64,000 nt of DNA from Bugula neritina (taxonomy: Eukaryota > Animalia > Bryozoa). Positions 56,110-64,000 of this stretch are shown one piece after another. Location of the stretch: the NCBI GenBank assembly GCA_964035545.1, contig OZ037771.1, positions 5,737,190-5,801,189 on the forward strand, read 5' to 3'. Position numbers and translations under genes: made by a program. The notes beneath the pieces were generated by a model. That model did not search any database, was not told where the DNA came from, and saw only the letters and a program-made list of their open reading frames with translations. Each line of letters opens with the position of its first letter. Positions within the stretch are counted from its first letter, which is position 1.

Positions 56110-59100
56110 ATGATTGATTTTGAAAAAGATGGTGGTAGTGTTACTCCAAACGATAGTGTATTCCACTTCAGTGAAAAGACAGTTAGACACGGTAGGTTTA
56201 CAATTGACATTATGATTATCATTATCATTATGATTTACATTGTGATTAGATTAATATTATCATTATGATTACACTTTGACTTACACATTAGCCTTAGGCT
56301 AAAGCTTAAACTTAAAGCTAGCACATAAAGTTAAACTAAAAGTAAAATAGTACCGATAATCACAGTTTTCAGTTGTGAGTTGGACTTGATAGTATTAGTA
56401 TAACTAATAGTAATACTATTAGTATTAGTATTACTATTAGTATTACTATTAGTATTAGTATTACTATTAGTATTACTATAACATTAACTATAACTATAAG
56501 TGTACTCATACTAAAATTGTATTATTTTAGTACTAGCATAGTGATAGTGAAAGTGAATAAAATTAGAATAAGAATACTCATATTGAATACGAGTATCAGT
56601 ATGGATATGAGTATGAGTATGGTATATTATTATAAATATAGATGTAATATGATATTAATAATAAACATTATGATAATCATAATGAATATGATTTTCACTC
56701 AAAGTTAATTAGTATGATCAAGTTAAACATTATTTTGTGATTAATCATTGTGATTGAATATTGCTTTAGCGCTAGTAGTTTGAGTTACTGTTAGTGTTAG
56801 TGTTTAAATGTAGTTAATTTTAATTACTATTAGCTAACTTGCCTTAGTAGTAGTACTACTAGTAGTAGTACTAGTTACATCAAGTTATTAAATATTAATA
56901 TGGATTATGGATACTCATACTGAATATCAATATCAATTTGATCATTTATAAAATTTAGTATGAATTATATTCATCTAATCATTAAGAATGGAATTAATAT
57001 TCATATTGTTATTAACACTGCTACAGTATCACTATCAGTGAGTATGAGTATTATTATTATTATTAGTTTAAGTATTACCCTCATGATTTTCTTTGTCATT
57101 TTTCGGTGATTATCAAACTGTTTTGTTAATAATATATATGTAGCAGATTCATAATGAGCTAGTGGTCATAGTGATAGTAACGGACTCATAGTCATAAACC
57201 TCAGTCCTAATAGTAGTCATACTTCATAGTTGTAGTCACAATGACTTTTATGAAATTCATCGTTCTGTTTTTATTTTTATTTGCATAATAATGTAGTTAA
57301 AGTTATACTTTAGTTATAGTGATTCTGAAGTTTATATATTAACCATAAAATAAAAGTAGTATATAAATATATGGCTGTGTTTAGACTCATACTACACTAA
57401 CAGTAATATTTGAGTAAAAAGTTATGCTTATATGGAAGCTATTATCACCGCAAGTCATCTTGAATCCAATAGCCATGTTATGGCTTCGAAAACAAGTCAA
57501 GTTTTTAATTAGTTCAAAAAATTGTATCAAATCAATTTAGTTCAAATTGAATTAAATTTTGAATCCTTGAATTTAAAGCATATTCATCATAATAACTTTT
57601 TGAATAAAAATTTATTACAAAAGAGATTAACTGGTAAAGCTGAGAAACTAAAAAGGTTCAGTTAGTAACTTATACTTTGATTTTAAATATATTGAATTCA
57701 TAAGCACCTGTCTTTGTAAGCACTAGATACATAACTTTATAAAAACTAATACTATATGATACAGTAAGGGTTAGAAACTATGTGTTTCTATAATGCTGAA
57801 AAACATGTGGAATATAATTTTCCAATTCTTATAATATGTCAAGTTTGCAAGGATTTATACCAAATGATTCAGCATTATTGAAGTATAAAGAATAATCAAT
57901 TTGTTTTTGAGCAAAACCTATAACAATGTAATCATTATTGCACTTCTGTTTTAATTACTGAAATTTTCAAAGTAATTCTTTTTACTGTTTAGAACACGCA
58001 TTAACCACTTATTTCTTCTCATAGGTTTCTTACGAAAAGTCTATGCTATCCTGTCAGCCCAACTTCTCCTCACCACAGGCATTGTTGCTGTCTTTTTGTC
58101 AGCGTAAGTCATTTGTTTCACTCAAAGTGCAGTAAGTTAAAGTGATTTGTTAGTTTTCCTTTTAAAATGGACTAAATATGTCACAATCATGCTTCCATTA
58201 GATTGTTTTATTATAGCATTATAGCATCATGGGATAATGTAATATTTTATGCTATCAGTTTCTGTATACTGTGAAATAAATTACAGGCCTGGTTTGAAGG
58301 AGTATGTGAAGAGTCCTAGTGGATCATGGATACCAGGTATTTCCATGTGAGTATGATAAACAGTATATCTTTACTTTGTGTATGGTGTATTGAATGTGAG
58401 AAAAGAGTTCTGTCTGCAAAACAAAATTAACAGATCGGCTGTAAGCGTTTGCAGCAGTGTACCTTGTTCTCCAGGTGTTGTCTCTGATTCCATCTTTGTA
58501 TAACTCAAGTATCACTTGGCTATGTTATTCTGTTGCTGTAGGTTTGGTGTTCTGGTTTTCCTACTTGCAATGGCATGTTTTGAGAAACCCAGAAGATCTT
58601 GGCCAACAAATATTATTTGCCTGCTTGGATTTGTGAGTTGAATAAATTTTATATATTGTACTATATGTCTTTTAAACATTTTTTAAATGATACTGACTTG
58701 ATGTTTATCTAGTTTGATTACAGTGAACATCAATTTAGGAACTTTCAGAATGGGGTTTAGCCAGCTATTCCAGAGCATTTATTCTGTTTTTCATGTCAAA
58801 TTGATATTGAATTTGTTTTACCGCATGTGGTTTACTGTGGATTTTTCAACTATGATTTGATTGTATAGGACAGTTAATCAGTTTTCATGGAACTGTATTT
58901 TTATCACCCAATAATACAATATATTCCACATATTTATATAAGTATTCTGGTGTGTTTTAGACCTTCTTTGAGTCACTGATGCTGGGGTCAATTACAAGGT
59001 GAGTCTTATATATATCACAACTTGCATTATTATATTTATTCAATCAAATGGGTAAACTATCAGAGCTAACTTTCATGCAAAATGTTGATACATTCTGAGT

Positions 59101-62100
59101 AGTGATTTATATACCTCAAGTGGTGCTTGGGGCATTCATTCAGGTGCATGTCACTAGTTTTTATCAAATCATAATCATCAGCAAATTTTAAATTTTATTT
59201 TCCACCTGCATCGTTGAATCAATGGAAATTGCACTGAATATTATGGGCAACCTGTTTCTATACTCCATGCTACTAATATGGCTGTGAATTTAAATGGTAG
59301 TTTCACTTTCCTAGAGTTTCTGCTTACCTTTAGCCTTTATCTGTTGGGTGTTTTAGTAGTCTTAACTGAGTTACTCAAAAGTTATGAGACTACACAATGG
59401 TTGGTTGTTGAATGTAATTTCTTGTCAAATTAGCCGTGACTAAGCATTAAGTCAATAGCAGCTTTCAAGATATATGTGAATCCATAGCATTAGCAAATAT
59501 CAGAATATATTATATATTACCTGTCATTGTGTTGTGGCATCCAACTTTAGCTGTTGACAATATAATATAAACATTATATAAACAATTTAATAATGCATTT
59601 ATTATAAACAACAAACTGATCATCTTCTACTCACTACACAACAGTATTATTATGGCAGGCACTGTCAAACATCAACCCACTGTACTTTTATATTATCTAC
59701 TATTCTACATGCTAGGTTCTGCCTTATTAACAAGCTATTGTTTTATTACTTTTATTTTTAGCCAATACGACACTCATATTGTTCTGGCCGCTGCTGGTAT
59801 AACCGCACTTGTGGTGTTTGGCCTCACCCTATTCGCTCTACAAACAAAAGTAAGACAAGGGTTACACAACATACAGTATGTTACAGAGTGTTTATTTCTG
59901 CTAGTTTGGGAATAGATGTTTTTTCTTGTACACACTTGATAGTACCACAAACTGTTGTTAGAATTACATAGAATGTTTACTATAGAATCTCTATTGTTCA
60001 TGTCGACACTTTTATATTCCTCGTGTATTCTTCTAGTATGACTTTACGATGATGGGTGGTGTACTCATGGTGTGCCTCTTTGCCTTCATTGGCTTTGGAT
60101 TTGTGGCCATGTTTATACCAAGTCAGGTGGGTCTCCACGTTATTCTGTTCTTTTGAATCTTTGCATTGTTTTATGGTTGACAATTATCTATATATTGCTA
60201 TAATTACTTCCATTTTACTTTAAGTTTAAGCTGGCTCTTCAGTTGACTGTTTTAAGCTGGAGTCACATGAATTGGATTTTCGAATTTGTTGTTAGCGTAA
60301 GCTTTGTACAAGCAGGAAAAATGAACTGTTTTATGCAGGCAAAATGCTAAGTAAATACTGTGAAAAGCTCTTGCGATAGTGCTCTAATTTGCTCATTACT
60401 ATGTAAGGTAGCAACTTTTAGAATTTCAGTTTCACAATTTCATTCTAATCAATTGCGCATTATTGAGAATAGCAAATGAGATTTTAAAATAACAAATGAG
60501 AATTACAAAAGGACGGTAAAACTTTTGTCTAATACAATTGATTACTCACGTTTCTTTCTTATGGGCAACATACTGTGTGTAGTGGGTAGCTACTGCAGCT
60601 ACAGCATGGCAATATATTTATTTGTTAACCAGCTTAGATGTAAGGGAAACTAGTATGTCGCATTTATTAGATTTTAACAACGTTATAAGTTGAGCCTCAA
60701 TGAGCTGGTAGAATAATCCAAGTGACGAAATCATATGGACTGACTTTCTCAGCACACTGTATATAATACTGAATAAATGAAATAGCAGTATAACTAAAAG
60801 AGGTGAGCTGATGACATCATAGACACATCTCTTGGGGCTATGGATTCGAATCCATGTACTGAATATGCACTGCAATATGTAGAAGCAGGCAAGACACACT
60901 GCTGAATAATTACAGATTAGTACTTAGAGGCATGGTGGTCTCACAAGCTGCTAGTCATACGGCACTAGTGACTGAGAGTGAGTTGATTAGATAACCTGAG
61001 TGCTCATCTTTGTGGGAGCTGTCAGGTGTTGCGCAATAAACATCTAAAGCAAGTCGAAGTTTTGCTCAAGACCACATACTCATGAACCTCACCTTTTCGT
61101 TTTCGGAAACTTTTTTTTCAAAAAATAATTGCTTCAAGTTCATACGACAAAAAAATTTAATGTCATCGGCAGCTATATTAGTTTTTATTTCATTTTTTGA
61201 ATTTAATTTGTATAAGCCTTGCTTTACCATTTACTATTTGCTGGAAAGTACAAGTAGGTGTTCACATAGCAGCTCTAACTTTGCAAAAATTACAGCCTCG
61301 TTCAAGATCTTGTTTCAGAATCTTCAATTTCCCTTTTATTATTTACTAAATTTATACTATATCTATCAATTAAATCAATAAATTCAGTTGACCACCTCAG
61401 ATAGTGCTGTCTACTCTACTTTTTGTGAGAAAAACTTACATAATGAAAGATTTAATGTTGTCAGTTACAATGGTGATATGTCTAGTTATTAGACTGTCCT
61501 ACTCATGTTTTTGTTTACTAAATCAACTGAATATTGTATAAGTTTCACTCTATATGATGTCTGCTCTGATGTGTTAAAATAGTCAAGAGCAACTGTTGTA
61601 AGATTTTACCCACAGTTCTTGTAAAAGCTTGGTTAAATGGACAAATAATGGTTTAAAGGGCCGGTGGCATTTTACGAGCAGTTTCGATGAAGCGAATACT
61701 GTGTTATATGCCTACATAAATATATATGTATGCATATAATTAAGATATATTCATATACATATACAATACATATAATACACACATGTATATAAATATGATA
61801 TATAATAATATACAGTTGGGATACGTGACATATTATTAAAAACTTTATCCCAAGCTATAATATAGTATTGCTCTTTTTGATAGACTGCCTATATTATTAG
61901 TATTGTTATTAATATGATTAGTGTTGTAACTTATTATTGTTTATACTACTACTTATATTATTCGTAAGGTCTCTTACTATATTGATAAATTGACATATGT
62001 TACCATGGATGTTGTTATTATTGATATTATTGCTATTAGTATCATCTGTTGCTGTTAATCTGTAGCTTAATCAGCCATGTAATGAACTAGCCTACTAACC

Positions 62101-62430
62101 TCTTTAAATTATTTCATTCCTAAAGAAATTATACAGTTGATTTAGGATGACTATATGTATTGTATGTGACTATTTTGACTGAAAACATTGTCAAGATCGT
62201 AGCTGTAACCTGAACTTGAATTGTAGACCTTGCAGATTGGCATATCTGCTCTTGGGGCGGTTCTCTTTGGAGTCTACTTGGTGTTTGACACCCAACTGAT
62301 GCTTGGAGGCAGACATAAGTATGCCATTTCTCCTGAGGAGTACATCTTTGCAGCTCTTAACCTATACCTTGACATCGTGAATCTGTTTCTCTACATTCTA
62401 TCTATCCTCAACGAAGGCAGGAGGAATTAA
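56110..62430 (+). CDS. Protein lifeguard / TMBIM (Bax inhibitor-1 superfamily) membrane protein, ~243 aa
   Basis: Exons 56110-56191, 58025-58103, 58287-58346, 58542-58632, 58961-58998, 59762-59849, 60037-60126, 62227-62430. Motifs FSEKTVRHGFLRKVYAILSAQL, RRSWPTN, LTLFALQTKYDFT, LVFDTQLMLGG, SPEEYIFAALNLYLDIVNLF; both di-aspartyl residues present. Confidence 0.93.
56385..57250. repeat. Low-complexity intronic region of degenerate 6-bp repeats (TAGTAT, TGAGTA, TAGTCA)
   Basis: For example TAGTATTAGTATTACTAT units at 56390-56480. Confidence 0.7.
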
Positions 62431-64000
62431 CTCACATTCCCTACTATCTGTCTATACATCTGTTTTCTTTCTCTAATAACCTAAATAAAAATAGCATAAC
62501 AAGTTGGTTGCAGTATTTTGAAGGTTTTATCACATAATTTGGTCGACAATGTCAGCTGTACAGGGCCTGGTTTATGATTCTTACGTATGGCTGCCGTGCC
62601 TGTTGCATAAGTTTCAATAACTATGTGACTTAAATATTTCACAGCTAAATTAGTTACCATCTTTGCAACGTGCATCATATGTATCTATCAACTGTAGAAC
62701 ACAAGTTAAGCATTGCTAAGTGCTAGCTTATGGTCTACCTCTATCATCTGTTAGATTATAGTGCCTTCAACTGTAACACCAAATATTGTGATGGAAAATT
62801 AAAATGCTCACCAACTTTATGCATTTCTCTGTGTTTTTTTGTGTACCCAGCATTGAAATAACTCTACTATTTTTGTATTGTGTAGCAATGAAAATGAAAC
62901 ATATACTGAAATCATTTATCCTGCCTGTTTATATGTGCATGCAGCTATATTTCCATATGGAGTTGTTTCCTTTTTTGTGAAGATGTGATGAAATAAATGC
63001 AATAACTATTCTATACTTTTGGGATTTTTAATTTCAAGGAATTGTTTTTTTGTTGTAAACTTAACTTATAGCTTGTCATTACAAGTTATGCTTGTTCATT
63101 TTTCAGTTGGCTAAAGAACCACAACTACCTATAACACTATGAACTAGCTGCTACAAATATTAATAATGTGAACTGACTACTCTAAATGGTATCAATGATG
63201 TTTATCGCATATCGCCAGCTGACCACTGAATACTTGCTATTTCGTACTCTTCCCATTTACTTTTCATACACATGCTATGTACATATATTATATTGATACT
63301 TAGCACAATTCACTTACCCTTGCCATCTACATACATTATACTTCAAGTGTGCTATATACTTACTATGGATATACCCAATGCATTATGCTTAGTGCGCTAT
63401 ACACTTGCTATGTACATATCTGACACCACTTGAAACAATAATTTTACCTTGCGCTCAACAAACCTATTGCTTATATGCATGGTGGTACTTTATGCTGAAC
63501 TGCATGTATATAATACAGATAATGTCTACGTTGGGGTTATGTTTGCTTTCGGTAAGTTGGGTTTGTGTAGTGGCAGAGTATGGACTTGGAGTGATTAACC
63601 GACGCTGTCAGTTAAATGACACATTCGACAATCATAGATGCCAGATAAACAGTGGTAACCTTCTCTGTAATGCTGTTAATTCACCTCAATTTTATCGCTG
63701 TCAAAAGTAAGATGTTGAAAAAATGTATTGTAATTTCAATTTTCAATGCACCTAGATTGCTTCTACAAGCGCACATTATTATGTGGGATTTGTTAATATT
63801 TGTCAGTTATAGTGTTGAAAACTGCTGTAAAATATACTGTTTTTCTCTACAGCTTTCTTGCAACGTTTGATAATTCTTTGTTATGTATAACTCTAAGTCT
63901 AACTCACAGCATCATATGCTACACTAATTTCTTTGTCTCAAAAGTTTGCTTGTCTCTCCAGAGAATCGATGAATGGTGAGACCACATTCAGCTTTCTCTG

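Noticed and set aside
63405-63870. Short ORFs at the window end
   Set aside because: No recognisable motifs or consistent exon structure.

Overview
AT-rich, intron-rich eukaryotic DNA, most likely an invertebrate animal (inferred from the EF-hand nicotinamidase, the single-domain phospholipase B1-like genes and a Mag-type Gypsy element; the taxon cannot be fixed from sequence). All exon models were built by eye from GT-AG sites and frame continuity. 1-37.4 kb: a tandem array of four + strand secreted single-domain GDSL/SGNH phospholipase B1-like genes. Copies 1 and 2 come from a ~10 kb duplication that also copied the first exon of a fifth, divergently oriented paralogue. Copy 3 keeps an intact frame but has lost catalytic Ser and His, lacks 51 internal aa and has gained a GPI-signal-like tail. 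37.9-44.9 kb: an uncharacterised 13-exon coiled-coil/low-complexity gene. 46.0-55.2 kb (-): a nicotinamidase with two EF-hands and a long acidic Ser/Thr N-terminus, head-to-head with a Lifeguard/TMBIM gene (56.1-62.4 kb, +). Mobile DNA: a young gag-protease-only LTR retroelement nested in a MITE, a miniature LTR element whose LTRs contain a tRNA-like Pol III promoter and whose primer site matches a tRNA-Phe 5' end, tRNA-derived SINEs, several MITEs, a hAT-like element in a (TA)n tract, and a perfect 200-bp palindrome.
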